A DNA stretch of 62,277 nucleotides, filler included, from Choristocarpus tenellus KU-1152 (Eukaryota; Protista; Phaeophyceae): NCBI GenBank assembly GCA_964200185.2. It is 9 parts of 9 records of this genome, joined end to end, with 100 filler letters (N's around TTAATTAATTAA, not from the genome) between each part and the next. Parts side by side here need not be neighbours in the genome. Positions count along the whole stretch, not along the records: positions 5,190 to 15,422 come from CAXNAD020003056.1; positions 15,523 to 21,823 come from CAXNAD020008440.1; positions 21,924 to 25,872 come from CAXNAD020016987.1; positions 25,973 to 42,164 come from CAXNAD020000863.1; 5 more parts are not named here. The stretch is one strand, 5' to 3'. The notes beneath the pieces are model-generated. The model was not told the DNA's origin and did no database searches. It worked only from the letters and a program-made list of their open reading frames with translations. Position numbers and translations under genes: made by a program. Positions 13,001 through 26,056 of the stretch are shown one piece after another (the first letter of the stretch is position 1; each line of letters begins with the position of its first letter).

Positions 13001-15217
13001 GGGGGCTCCTCCTGAACGCAACCAACAAGGTTTATATATGAGATATGTGTAGAGGTAAGTGTCCAGTGCAATGACACATGATGCACCCAAAAGAAACAGA
13101 TTAAGCGTGATTGAGGCACACAAGAATACAACAGGGCAACGAGAGGATGCACTAGGGTAAGAAATTTCATCACGTTTGAAGTTCAAAGACCGTCTACAAA
13201 TAACACAGTAAGCTCTATTGTTGTGTAAAGGAAAAGAATACATGTAGAGGACAACTATGTAAATGAGGAGAGTCTAACCTAACAACAATCACCTACTATC
13301 AGACACAAAGGCATCACCCATCCAACATCCAACATAAATAGCAGCACTCCAGACATAAAGGCTCAAATCCCAATATCATTATCCTCTGTTGGTATACTAT
13401 GTTTTAATACTCATTGCTCCTCAAGATGACAAACCTCAGCAAACTTGAAAGGAAAGCTCGCCCTAAACCTCTTTACCCCACCTGAACCCATACAATTAGT
13501 TTGTCATTAAACGAGGTCACGTCGTACCCACTGACCTTGGCCTCCTTAACCTCCTTCATCATCTCAGCAGATGACACAGTAAAGATGCCATGGATGTCAT
13601 GCTTAACATTTACACGGACCTTAACAGGGTCGTCTCCCTTCGGCACATCCACCTGCGTACAAAAAATATGGACGTAGACATAAAGCAAATGTGAAGCCCT
13701 GCAAAAAAAATCCTAACATAGAATTACTCTGTACAAGCAAATGCCTACATACATAAAAAGCATTATAATCACGTGTGTATCGCACAAGATGGAAAAGAGC
13801 TGCCAATGTGACCTGGTTCATCCAATTTCAGTGCACATGACAGTGGCGAGATGCTTCTAATTCACAGGACAAGAACGGGGAGGGTATCACACCTTCTACT
13901 TGAAACCCTTAAAAAAAAAAAACGAGGCATTCAAATCAAACCAATGATCTACTAGGTTCCTGACAATTACTAGACAAGGCCAGTGTTCATATTTTCAATT
14001 GGCAAAAAGCAGGACCTTTGACCACAACCATTCCATAGTGCAAACAGCACGACCAGGCTACTAAGGTTAACATTGGACAAGAGACAAAGTCCTCAACACC
14101 CTGAAGCTAATATAATCAGTACTCTCCCACATCCTCGCAACCCTATTGACAGTCAAAAGTCATACCTTGAAAGTTCCAATGGCAGTATCTGCACCTGTGG
14201 GTAGGACAGCCGACTTATCGTATCTAGCAGTGATTGTGAAGGGAGATTTCTTGATAAGGTTCACACGACGGACCTTGTAAAAGAAGGGGGTGGGGGGAGC
14301 AAACACACACACAATATCGAGACAACATCACAAGTGGCAGGGGAGGGTGAGGGTGAGGTCAGAAGAGAAAGGTAGGAATTTTATACTTCAATATATTACC
14401 AAGTAGAATATTTGAACTTCTAGTGATGAAATCAAATTCCAATTTTTCGGGGGCGCAACAAAATACATGCATTTTTATCTTTTGCATCAACGGTGACGAT
14501 GTAGATCTGTACTTTGCATACACCAGTACTTGCAAGCACAGGTTGTACCAACAGAGTACTTCAATTCCTTAGACCATAACAAATGTAAACTACCAGCAGT
14601 GCAGAGCATTCAAAGATGGATGTAACAGCTGCAAGAAGCAAAGCTGTACAAAGATGTAACTGTCATCAAGACAAGACGCACACAAAAGAACAGAAAACCT
14701 GAGCACACGTAACTAGAGAAAGTAACATCCCACCCTCCTCTTTTTGCAACAGGCAAAGTTCACTAGAGATTGCAGAGTGCACAAGCATGAGATCCACACA
14801 TGCCAGCCAGCAGGGAAAAGAATTTTCTACTGGTTACCTGTACACCCACAGGTCAAGAGAAAGTGCAAAAAGAACCCAGACAGTACTCTGCTTTTTTTAA
14901 TGTTTACTAAGATAGTGGAGCCACTGGATTTGAAAATAATCACTTCACTTCGTAAAAACAATGGAAGACATCGCCTCTAGGTTGAATAGCAAATCTTAAA
15001 GTGTATGTGTTTTTCAATTTTCATGCAATTCCACTTTTTTTTTATCACACAGATGAACTATAATCCTAACCCTATGTCCACTACAAAATAAAATAATGCA
15101 AACCCCTTTGTCAATTGTCTACGCAGTCAATCATACTAACCTTAGGGGTCTCATCGTTTTTAAGAAAGACACAAGCTGTTCCACCATCTGTGGACAAACC
15201 TTCCTCTCCCTCCTCAT
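7058..15217 (-). CDS. HSP110: Hsp70-superfamily Hsp110/SSE-type chaperone (nucleotide-exchange factor), 3' portion, 13 exons, 5'-truncated
   Basis: Frame-consistent GT-AG exons: 15141-15217, 14166-14273, 13536-13652, 12970-13011, 12455-12487, 12065-12235, 11586-11675, 10061-10212, 9737-9854, 8813-8902, 8272-8367, 7590-7784, 7058-7228. Motifs VKVRVNVKHDIHGIFTVSSA, EEAQMANQDR..ETADKRNELESYIYGMRD, AEDWLYSDEGFD, CRPIMKKPKPKP and a long acidic insertion are typical of Hsp110. Confidence 0.92.
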
Positions 15218-15367
15218 CTGCAAACAAGCACGACAAGGAAATTGGAGTGGGGTGAGGTGGGGAGCAAGAGGGCAGCAGCAAACTGAAGGTAGTAAGTTCA
15301 GAAATTAGTCGGATACTCAAATACTGGATGTAGGTCAAAAATGACTCCTGTTCTACCTTCCCTAACA

Positions 15368-15422
15368 GGGTCAAAGTATATGCGGGGGGGGGGGGGGGGG
15401 GGGAGGGGGGGTGTTGTCGGTC
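15368..15422 (+). mobile_element. MITE family 2, partial end at contig break
   Basis: GGGTCAAAGTATATGC followed by poly-G matches the TIR of the full copy at 53925-54104. Confidence 0.6.
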
Positions 15423-16086
15423 NNNNNNNNNNNNNNNNNNNNNNNNNNNNNNNNNNNNNNNNNNNNTTAATTAATTAANNNNNNNNNNNNNNNNNNNNNN
15501 NNNNNNNNNNNNNNNNNNNNNNCCCTCCCCCCCAAACCCCATTTCTTTTCCGCTCCTTTTTTTTGTGGTTGGTTGCATTGCACTGCACAGACCATGGCTA
15601 CGAGGGGAAACGCACAGGTGAGATCTACTCCCCGAGCTCCAGAGCACCGAACCGATCGGCCACAGTTCGCTACAGGGCGATTCAGAGCTGTCCTTCAGAT
15701 CAGACGGAGGTTTAGACCTCATTTTCTCAAGAAGGAAGAATGAAAAAAAACTGAAAAAAACTGACTTTTCCTACGTTCCGCGTTCCATTACTTAATTATG
15801 TAATAAATAAATAAATAAATTTATTTTAAAAATCAAAACCGAGTCTTCTCCCTCAGAGAGATTTGATTCACAGCGTGCAATAGTTTCCTTCACTAAAAAA
15901 AAAACGCTTCGAAAAGCATGTCATAAAAACATGTCAAAACGACTCGCTGACCCTTGATAATTTAAAAAAAAGAGGTATAGCTATTGGTATGCTTAAAACA
16001 AATACAAACCTGTAACATAAAAATACAAATACATATATATATTTTCTTAAATGCTTACACATTCCAATTTGATTTTTTTTTTTAAA

Positions 16087-19000
16087 TCACCCACCAAACG
16101 CCTTCTCGTCTTGTTCTTCCTTGTACTTCTGAGACAACTCCCCGCTGTCCTTGAGAAGAAGCTCGATCGGTCTCGCCTGCCAACACAGTACAAAAGTGGC
16201 ACAAAAACATACCCATAATAACCTATTTTTAAATAATACTTTATTGTAGCGGGTCAGCATATTTATATTTATACATACATATTTGAAATATTTTATTGCA
16301 TTCCAGTGTGTGTTCGATGCAACACTTTCTAAAATACAGGGGGCATTACTAACATTACTCATAATAATTTTTTTTAATAATACAACAAAAACTACTACTA
16401 CCACTACTACTACTACTATTACCATTACTACCACTACTACTACTACTACTACCATTACTACCACTACCACTACCACCACTACCATTACTACCACTACCAC
16501 TACTGCTACTACTGCTACTACCATTACAACCACTACCACTACCACTACTACCACCACTACTACTACTACTCCTACTACTACCATTACCACTACTACCACT
16601 ACCATTACTACTACTACTACTACTACCATTACTACTACTACTACTACCATCACTACTACTACTACTACCACCATTACTACCACCACCACCACTACTATTA
16701 CTATTACTATCACTACTGCTACCACCACCACCACCACTACTACTACTACTACCATTAGTACTACTATTACTACTACTATTACTACAAATACTACCTTACT
16801 ACTACTACTATTAATAATAATATTAACAATAACAATAATTACAAAACTTGAGCGTGTCCTACCTCGTGCGTACATACACACACCTCAAATTTATTCTTAA
16901 GGAAGACAGTTACGACATGGCCATCTAATGCTATTTCTTTCTTTTTTCTTTCTTGTTTTTTTTCTTTTTCAGAAAGGTATTCACACCTCGATGCTGTCGT
17001 ATATCTCCCCCAAGTATGCTGGTGATAGATTCCCTTCCTTTTGATTTGAGTCCGCTACACCCCTACAGTGCACATATAATCACCACCAGGAGGTGTATGC
17101 ATGAGAGAGGCGGGGGCAGGGGCGGGGCCAGGGGGTCAGGTGGGAGTTTAAACCAATTTTTTTTTCAAAAAAGGGAATAATAATATAATCAATATTAACA
17201 ATAATTTCTACATAAAGTACATGTTTTTTTTCAATTTCTTTGACCATAAAAAAGAAGAAAAATAACTATTTAAATTAAAACCTTACAAACACAACAAAAA
17301 TGTGCTTAGCACTTAAAAAATGCTCAACTCCCATTAAAAACGACAAATCGATACTTTCTAGTTTAAAAAATAATACTAATCTAACCAAATACTCTCTCTC
17401 TCTCTCTCTCTCTCTTGCAAAGACGTACACCTTTTCTCATCAAAAAAAATAAAAAAATAAATAGGAGTAAGAAAAAAAAAGACACTTGGCGCATAAACGC
17501 TCGATAAAGTCACTCAAGCGAAAAAAAAATTAGCAGTCTATCAAGTCTCTCCTCTCTCACTCCAGGACGTACGTGCACGTACTCATGTCACATAAACACA
17601 CAACACATACACATAACACGTAACTCATAAACATAACACATACACGTAACCCATACACATAACATACACACATAAATATAACACATAACACATAACACGT
17701 AACACATACACAAAACACATACACACACGTAACACATAACACATAACACACAAAGATAACACACAAAATCCATACACATACTTGGGTGATGTTCATGGTG
17801 TGTAGGGGATGTATATGATGTACATGTGATGTTTATGATCTCTCTGTGTACGTGCACTTCCAAGGGTTAGGGTCAAGCAATCTCAAACGCACCTCAAATT
17901 ATTGATAAACGCCTCCTTGGTCATTCGTTTCCGTCGCCTCTTTCCTGTACCGGAATTGGCTCTATGCAGATCGGTATTGAGCATGATGATAGCGTACGAC
18001 AGGATAAAAGGTGTCTCCGAACTGTATTTATTTTTAACAAAATAGCAGAAAAATACAAAGCACAAAAATGATTATAAAAGAGGAATGCAAAAAGAATAAA
18101 AACAAGAATAAAAACAAATAAATGAACGCAAACTAACCATAAAAAATCAAAACAAAATTATAAGAAAAAAGTGAATACAAAAATAATAAAAAATCAAAAT
18201 ACAATAATAACAAATAAATATATGTAATAATATATACATATATATATTTATGCATTAACAAAAAAAAAAACCTTGTGAAGGGACACGAAGGGTTCCCTCT
18301 ATTGTCCGCCACGTAGCAGTCTGCAAAGGCGGAGATCAATCTGTCTATCTTCTGGGCCTCCCCAGGGAGCCGGAAGCCGCTGTTTGTCAAGAGGTGACGC
18401 AGTGCCTCCTCGAGAGTCATACCATGGAAGGCGATGGCACGAACGTACTTGATGCGAATGGACTTCCAGTAGTCCCCCTAGGATTAGATTAGATTAGATT
18501 AAGGCAGGCAGGCACGCAGGCAACCAGGTGGGCAGGCAGGCGGGAAGGGAGGCAGGAAAACAGGAGGCAGGAAGACAGGCAGGCACGAGGGCATGTAGAC
18601 AAGCAGGCGGTTGGTTGAGAGTCTATTGGCGATGGTGTGTTGACAAAAAAAATGTAGAGAGTCTTCTAAAAATATATATATCTATGTATATCTATCTATC
18701 TATCTATCTATCTATATATATATAATCTTTTAAATTTGAAATTCTAAATCGATTGGAATAATAGTAGCGGCTACGAAGAGATGCTCTTTGATATCTATCA
18801 TCTCTGCATGACATTCTTTATTTTTTCTTAAAATATAAACGGACAATTTTTTTATTTTTTTATTTGAAGTATGTATTTTTTAAGTGTGCTCTTTGCGCAC
18901 GCACAAACGAATTTTCCTCCAAAAAAAATACTTAAAAAAAAACAAACGCACAGAGAAATGTACTTGATTTAAAAAATAAATAAATAACTAAATAACAAAT

Positions 19001-21242
19001 ATCGTGTGTTAGTAACCCTAACCCTAAGTACTGCAGTGATCACCTTAACCCTAACCCTAACCCCTTACAGATGGCAGATGCCACTGCACCTATCAAAACA
19101 ATACAAATCTTCACTCCATCTCTTCCTCAAATCCATCCACATCGTGAAACGCGCGTAAAAAATCACTACACGTGCGTCAACAACCGCCGTTTCAAAGCCC
19201 TCTTTTCGTCTTACCATCCCCCCTCTCATCTCTCATCTCTCCACCACAGCAGCACCACCCCATACATCAACAACAATGCAAATACAAAAAAAAAGCTACC
19301 CATCACGTGCATATGCAGGGCAAATCGCCTAACTCACTCTATTTTAGAAAACCCACCCGGTACATAAGTACCTCGCTGAACAAAAATATCTGGCGGGTTG
19401 TCCATTTGGGTCATAAAACCAGGAAAAGTGAATATTACACTATCCATCTGACGCATGCAACCAAATCACACAAAAATCGTGACATGAAAAAATTGACTCC
19501 AAATGGACACCCACCCCGCCCACCCCGCCCTCCCCCCCCAGATACTTTGAGCCACTATCAATACAACACACTGCTCTCGGAATACTGTAGTCAGTCTTTT
19601 CCCATTTCCACACATGGCACCCCCATCGCAAACTCAAACGCCGGTTTACAATACAACACCTACAAAGAAAAAGAAAAAACAGTGTAGTACTACCGTTGTA
19701 CAAGTATACTAATAATAAATATTTGTTGTACAGATACACTTGCTAATAATAGTACACACATAAAACACTAAAAAAATATATAGTACAAACGTACTTACTA
19801 ATGATAGAACATGCGTAACAATAAAATAAATAATAATTAAGTACTTGTTCCAGAGATATACTATACTCACTAACGATAGTGCACACACCAAAAAAACTCA
19901 ACAGCGGAAGAAAATATAAAATTTTAAATATAAAAATAACATCAAAAAATAAAAAAGAGAATCATATTGTAACTGCACCGACATACACATTGCGGTTTAT
20001 ACAACATAAACAAAATAAAATATAATAATAAAAAATATTCAGAAATAATAGCAACAAGTCCCCCCCCGTCCCCCCACCCCCCAATGCTTACCCCATCCAG
20101 GTCTGGCTCACTGAGGAACTCCCCAATGCTTAGGGGGTCCAGGTCATCCTTATAGATCCGTAAAAAATTGGAAATATCCCTGAGAAAATAAAAATAATAA
20201 ATATAATCCATGTCACAAATGTCAAACATGTCAAACAGAACCACTCCTATTCATGGGGGTATATGTATATAACTGCAAACCCACATGCATGAAAATGTGC
20301 TTTTGTAAAAAAATCCATCTAACCCTAACCCTAACCCAGAGTATCCTTGCACAGTGCAGCAGATCCCAAAATACACGGACGATATGTTTCACTTTTTCAC
20401 TTAAAGTGTGTGTGGGGAAAAGCCTTCCAATCGATACAAACACGTATTATACACAGGTCATATATATATATGTATATTCACAAATACAAATAAAAAAAAA
20501 TAACATTGCCACAAGTTGTACCCTTACTTAAAACAACAATTCGATCTCTCCACTTTCCAGTTCAGTGTTTATTATTATTATTATTATTTACTCTCTACAC
20601 ACAAGCATCTATATCCTACTAAGTAGTAGATGGTGCGTCAGATACATTTCAACATAATGAGGTACAGTTTACAATCTAGACACTATGAGGTACAGCATTA
20701 ATCAACAATATGACAGAGTGTCGGACATACAGAAATTGACATTACGAGGTACAGTTTACAATCTAGGCACAATGAGGTACAATTAACAATCTAGACACAA
20801 TGAGGTACAGCATTAATCAATAATATGACTGAGAGTGTCGCACATACAGAAATTGACATTACGAGGTACAGTTTACAATCTAGACACAATGAGGTACAAT
20901 TAACAATCTAGACACTATGAGGTACAGTTTAAAACACATGCAAAACAGTAATAATATCAATCATTGGTATCCACCGGTGTTTCACCCACAAAGTTCAACA
21001 AAATGAGATACATTAAAAATAATAAACTACTATACGAAGACGTATTTGACACAAAAATTGACAGGATGAGGTACAGTGTCCAGCACATGCACAACAGTAA
21101 GTCAATAACATACCTTGGCGTATCGGATATGAAATTTGACGAAATTAAATACTGTACCCCTTTCTTGATCCCCTTGGTCTGATAAAGCTCCAGAGCCTGC
21201 TTGATCACCTCCTCCGCACGCTTCCTTAGCTCCTTCCGATAC
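16087..21242 (-). CDS. Sec7-domain ARF guanine-nucleotide exchange factor, 3' portion, 5'-truncated
   Basis: Exons 21114-21242, 20092-20179, 18272-18477, 17893-18021, 16987-17062 and 16087-16176 splice in frame. Motifs KKGVQYLI, SIGEFLSE, FRLPGEAQKIDRLISAFA (catalytic Glu), ILSYAIIMLNTDLH, MTKEAFINNLRG, YLGEIYDSI. The terminal exon is less certain. Confidence 0.92.
16391..16810. repeat. (ACT/ACC/ATT)n trinucleotide microsatellite, intronic
   Basis: About 420 bp of ACT/ACC/ATT triplets between Sec7 exons. Confidence 0.95.
17588..17780. repeat. AC-rich low-complexity repeat (ACATAAC/AC)
   Basis: Direct inspection. Confidence 0.85.
18480..18725. repeat. Compound microsatellites (GATTA)n, (GGCA)n, (TATC)n
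   Basis: Direct inspection; intronic. Confidence 0.85.
19013..19064. repeat. Short interstitial telomere-like (TAACCC)n tracts
   Basis: TAACCCTAACCCTAA at ~19014 and (TAACCC)3 at ~19046; also 20320-20337. Confidence 0.6.
19378..19553 (+). mobile_element. MITE family 2 copy (~175 bp)
   Basis: Aligns end to end with 53925-54104 (AAAACCAGGAAAAGTG..., AACCAAATCAC..AAAAATCG.GACATGAAAAAATTG, CCAGATACTTTG). Confidence 0.8.
20650..20932. repeat. Minisatellite built on GACAC.ATGAGGTACAG, with ~110-bp higher-order duplication
   Basis: GAGGTACA recurs 8 times; segment 20680-20790 is duplicated at about 20793-20905. Confidence 0.9.
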
Positions 21243-21374
21243 CTGATGAAAAAAAACAATTATACATATATATATATATATAGATAGATTTTTATATATT
21301 TTTTAAATCAAGCTTAAAAACTAAACTAATTAATCGAAACAGTTCTTACAAATAAAAAAATAAAAAAATAGTGT

Positions 21375-21681
21375 AAGTATCCCTTCAGAGGGTACGAAAA
21401 TAAAAATACGAGTTTTTCCCCTTCTTGTCCGTTTGGGGCTTGACTTCAGACAGGTATTTTACTTTTATTTTTATTATCTTTATGATGTGCTCCTACTCCG
21501 AAATGTTTTGGAAGTAGGTAAAGAATGTATGCGTTACGAAAAAGAAAAGAAAAGGTGTGCCCGGATCAAGGACATTGACTCCTTCCTAATGAACACGATA
21601 GTCAAAATTACACCAAAATATCAATATTGGACTTTGATCCCCCAAAAGGATAGATGCTCCAATTACTTACCCTCTAAGATA
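21375..21681 (+). mobile_element. MITE family 1 copy (diverged)
   Basis: AGAGGGTACG...GAGTTTTTCCC...GTCCGTTTGGGGCTTG, CTACTCCGA.ATGTTTTGGA, GGTGTG.CCGGA.CAAGGA.ATTGAC; ends TACCCTCTAAGAT. Confidence 0.75.
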
Positions 21682-21923
21682 ATAAGATAAATGGAGGGGG
21701 AGTATACACACTCCCCCTCCCCCACAAGAACACTACACTGCTCTGATAACTCCCCCCCCCACCCCCCCCCCCCCCCCCCCGCCACACACCACCCCCGCCC
21801 CCAACCGGGGGCGCACCCGGCCCNNNNNNNNNNNNNNNNNNNNNNNNNNNNNNNNNNNNNNNNNNNNTTAATTAATTAANNNNNNNNNNNNNNNNNNNNN
21901 NNNNNNNNNNNNNNNNNNNNNNN

Positions 21924-21963
21924 CAAATGGACAGCCGCCACCCCCTCCCAGATACTTTGAGCC
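21924..21963 (+). mobile_element. MITE family 2, partial end at contig start
   Basis: CAAATGGACA...CCAGATACTTTGAGCC. Confidence 0.65.
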
Positions 21964-22302
21964 GCTTGTACCCTGCACTGTAGAACCTCCTCTTGGCACT
22001 CACCCTATTTGTCACTGACTTGTCACAATTGCGCCACAGTTGAGAATACCCATACAAATTACACCCCCTCCCCTTTCCCCCTTCTTGTTCAACATGTTCT
22101 CGCTTAGTAATCATTGCAACACATCGTCAAATCCCCAGCGATATACCACCACTTGGTCAAGGAGAGGTAATTTGAAGCTTCGGTCAGTAAACCCACGTAC
22201 TGCACAGGTCCCCCCTCCTTCCTGCAACAATATCTAATTTATTTTCTTTTATTATTTTCTAAACCAAAAAAAAATTAAAAAAAATTAAAAAAAAAAAAAC
22301 AG

Positions 22303-22473
22303 ATCACCAGTGGAACTTTCAGCCCCTGCCTCAAGAAGCCAGTGGCTATGGGATATGTGGCGACGACCCACTCCAAGAATGAGACTCCTGTCACAGTCAG
22401 CCTCAGGGGGAAGATGGTTCCAGCCACCATTTCTGCTATGCCTTTCCTGGAGACATCCTACTACAAGCCCTGA
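22303..22473 (+). CDS. gcvT: Glycine cleavage system T protein (aminomethyltransferase), terminal exon
   Basis: After a CAG acceptor: ITSGTFSPCLKKPVAMGYVATTHSKNETPVTVSLRGKMVPATISAMPFLETSYYKP*, the conserved GcvT C-terminus. Too short for the ORF track. Confidence 0.9.
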   Translation: MTSGTFSPCLKKPVAMGYVATTHSKNETPVTVSLRGKMVPATISAMPFLETSYYKP

Positions 22474-25400
22474 TAGCTGTTAGTGTGTCCCTTTGTGTGT
22501 TTATGTTTGTGCCAAGGTTTTTCGGCATTTCATGCGGTGGTGTGGCCTACTGTGTGGTGGAAGGAGTGCAGGGATTACCTATGAACATGGTGTTGTCATG
22601 GAAGAGTACTGAGAGGGGGACGCGGGAGTGCTGTGAGAGAGGAAGTCGGTTGTGCAGGTCCACATTTATCGCTTGATGAAGTAGTTACTGCTGCTAGACC
22701 AATTGGTGTGCAGTATTTGACCTCCTCCTTTTGGCCTCCCCGCTCATCTTTCAATCTAGGGTTTTGTTGTAGTTGAGAGAATTGAAAATTGCTGGGAGTG
22801 CTTAGGTCGTCCCGATTATTGGAGAGTATTAGATGGAAATGGGAGTTTAGGGTGTGAGGTCAGTACATCCTCCAGTACAATATAAATGAAAACCAATATG
22901 CAGGGTGATCCCACCCCCCCACCTCTTGAGGACAGCAACTATTTATGTGATGATGTGATTCATCAATGACAGTGGTTCATCGCTGTAGTGCTATCCTGTA
23001 GCCCTCATGTTCCAAATTGGATTGGACTGGGAACAGATAGTGAGGAAATGTATGGAGTTGTGGATGAGTAAACTGGATGGAGTTGGTTTTTGTTGCTTGG
23101 ATCTATATGCTCTTTTAGATCCTGACTGGAGTTCGGAGAGGAAGTAAATAGAACAGTAGGGCTTCCTCCCATCTACTTCCCTTGAACAGGAACAGAAAGC
23201 GATATGTAGGACAGGGGGGATGGGGTACTCTTGTCTTTTGAGGGGATTGTCACACTTCTCTACCTAGCAAGAATAGGTAAAGAGCTAGTAGGACTACGCT
23301 AGGGACAGGAAGTATATTCAATTTCGGAGTCAAAAATAAAATATAACATGCAGTATAGCGGTGGGCATATACAGAAAGAGATACGAACCATTGAGTTAAC
23401 ACAATTTTTTCCATGGATGCAGTGTTCATGGTCGGCCCCACGCTTAGCATTCTGTGTCGCAGTGAATAATTGTTCAATTCAAATTCAATAATTTTATTTA
23501 GGTTTGAGAGAGCGTTGCAAGATACAGCTACAGATGACACAGTGATCCACATGTGAAACGGCTTTTAACCTAGCAGCATGCCCCTGATGGTGTGTGCAAT
23601 GTGAAGTACTTTTTCATGTACTTGATAATATTTATGAATTTTATGTGCCACCTGTCCAAATTCCAATTCTGCTATCACCTTTCTCAACACAACCAAGAGA
23701 TGTATGTATGTATGTATGCTCTCGACCCCAGCATCAAGTTTGTCCCTTGTGAGGATGGCGTAACAAGAGAGGGTTTTAAATAATATGGGTCAACAGATTT
23801 TTGTTAGCACATGCAGTACTAGACCAGAAGATTGGAGGAAGCAGTGGGATGGCTGAACCCATGGTACACATGAGGCGGCACAATTGGTCAGAGTGCAACA
23901 GTGGGTTGAAAATGAGACAAGGTGCAGTGTACAGTGCCTCTGACCCGCCCTCCTTGCAGTAACACATCTCGGTGTTTGCTCACTGTTGGTTTGGGGGGAG
24001 GACTTGGTGTGCAACATGTCCAACCTATTTTAATAGTATTATAGGGACCAACCACAAATCACAAAGGCAGCTAGCTACACATCATTGCACCCTATGGACC
24101 GAAAATCTAGAACATATGCGAAGTATGACCCAAGCATGCCTGTGTATTGAGTGGGGATCGGTCTGTCTATCAATAATGAGTTATTTCTGTAGTCACATTT
24201 TGCAGTGTGGTGGAATTGCGTCCTGTATATGAGGAGAGAGATGAGGATTCTTTTCCTCTTCTACGAGTTATAACATATGTGTAGCATACTAAATATTCAC
24301 TTTTAGACTACATGTCATTTCCCTCAAGTTGTCATGATGATCATTCTTGTTTGCTGTGATCAAGTTTGAAGGCTACGGCACTCTTTATTGTGGTTCAGAT
24401 CGCTCTGTAGCTCAAGGAGAGGAGAACTCAGTACTTCGGGATGCTGTTCTAATTTGGTGCACATTCCGACTTAAAAAAACATCCTCATCCTCCGACAACA
24501 ACCCATTCAAAGGCACACCCTCTTCTTCACCCCCTTCTTCACAGATATACGTTAAGACAACAGAAGATTACACGTGGAGAAGAACAAACTTCAAACTCCT
24601 CAATACTGAAAACCAAAATATGGGAAGGTGAGACTGCACCACTGTTGTATAGTAGACCGACTGTTGTGCAGAAGAAAATGTGCAAAATGTGCACCAACAA
24701 CGCAATGTCTACATGTCAGTGAGACAATAATGGATCCTTTGTGCAGGGTGGATTTGAAAACAGCATCCAAGGACAAACACACAAGAAGCAATTGCTCCCA
24801 TAAGCCACAACATGTAACACCCTGCGCCAGATTGAGGGCATTTTATATCATCACCCATCAGACTGCTCCATAGATACCTGTGAAGATAATGAACAGCGAG
24901 TTGGCACTACAGGATGCTGCAGAGGTACAGCAGAGGTACAGCAGAGGTACAGCAGAGGCACACGGGTCAACCATAACTGCGAGAGCGGGCCCTGCATTGT
25001 TCAACACACATGGCACCCAACAATTGTCTTGGCAAAAGCACAGCAGTGCAACACATTGTGTTCTCTTCTAAGAGAGGCAAGGAACAGCACACTCTACATC
25101 TCCAGTTCACCATCCAGCAACGATTCACTGTTTTTCGTTGTTCAGGCACCCAGAAGAGACTATCATAGCACAGGAGGAGGGGAGCCCATTGACCTCCTTT
25201 GGTTCAGCTTGCATATTTTTCACATCCTCATTTTACAATCTGTACTGTACACCAGGGACTAAAATGAGTCGCTCTGGCAAAGGAGCTCTACCTGTAGAGC
25301 AATTTGCAAATACCTCAATTACACACCTCCTGTTCAAAAGTATGCACAAAAGGTTAGCAAATAGTTCAGGGCCACGGCTCGGGTCTGCTTGTTTGTGCTT

Positions 25401-26056
25401 GGCAGGGTTTAGCCTACCCATCCACTTTTCACTACATGACACTTTTCACTACATGACACTTTTCACAACATGACACAGCTCTCCGAAGAAAAAAAAGACA
25501 AGTGAAGTAAGCTTGGCTAAGAGAGGAACGCATCCTTTCCGAGTAATGAATTTGAATTGCATCTTATCTCAAGTGGATCCCTGAAAAGCATCTTAGATCG
25601 AGCTTTACAAAGTCAGCAAAACCCATGAAAGGATTACATCAACATGTATACTCCTCCCCGAGAGCATAGGGGGGGTTTTTGTTCTGTATGCATATGACGA
25701 GTCTGTGAGAGGCTCTCCTTCTCAACCCCCACCCACCTGGAAAAATCTTGCATCTCTAGGCAGCTTGCAAATACTCAGACAAAAAAAAAAACGAAACAGC
25801 AACTACACAATCACGCCAACCCTGGTTCTCATACCTACACCCCCCTCTTTTTTTCCTCGTTCTCTTCTCCTCNNNNNNNNNNNNNNNNNNNNNNNNNNNN
25901 NNNNNNNNNNNNNNNNTTAATTAATTAANNNNNNNNNNNNNNNNNNNNNNNNNNNNNNNNNNNNNNNNNNNNTGCTCCCCCTATGTTTGTCACTGCCCCT
26001 TGTTGTGCCCCCATCCAGCTTGGTCTTGGTGGGTGTGGTAAGGGTGATGCTACTAC

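Noticed and set aside
16283-16900. Poly-Thr (mucin-like) and poly-Val ORFs
   Set aside because: Translation of an intronic trinucleotide microsatellite.
24900-25620. Possible minus-strand exons in contig 4
   Set aside because: No recognisable protein similarity or consistent splice chain.
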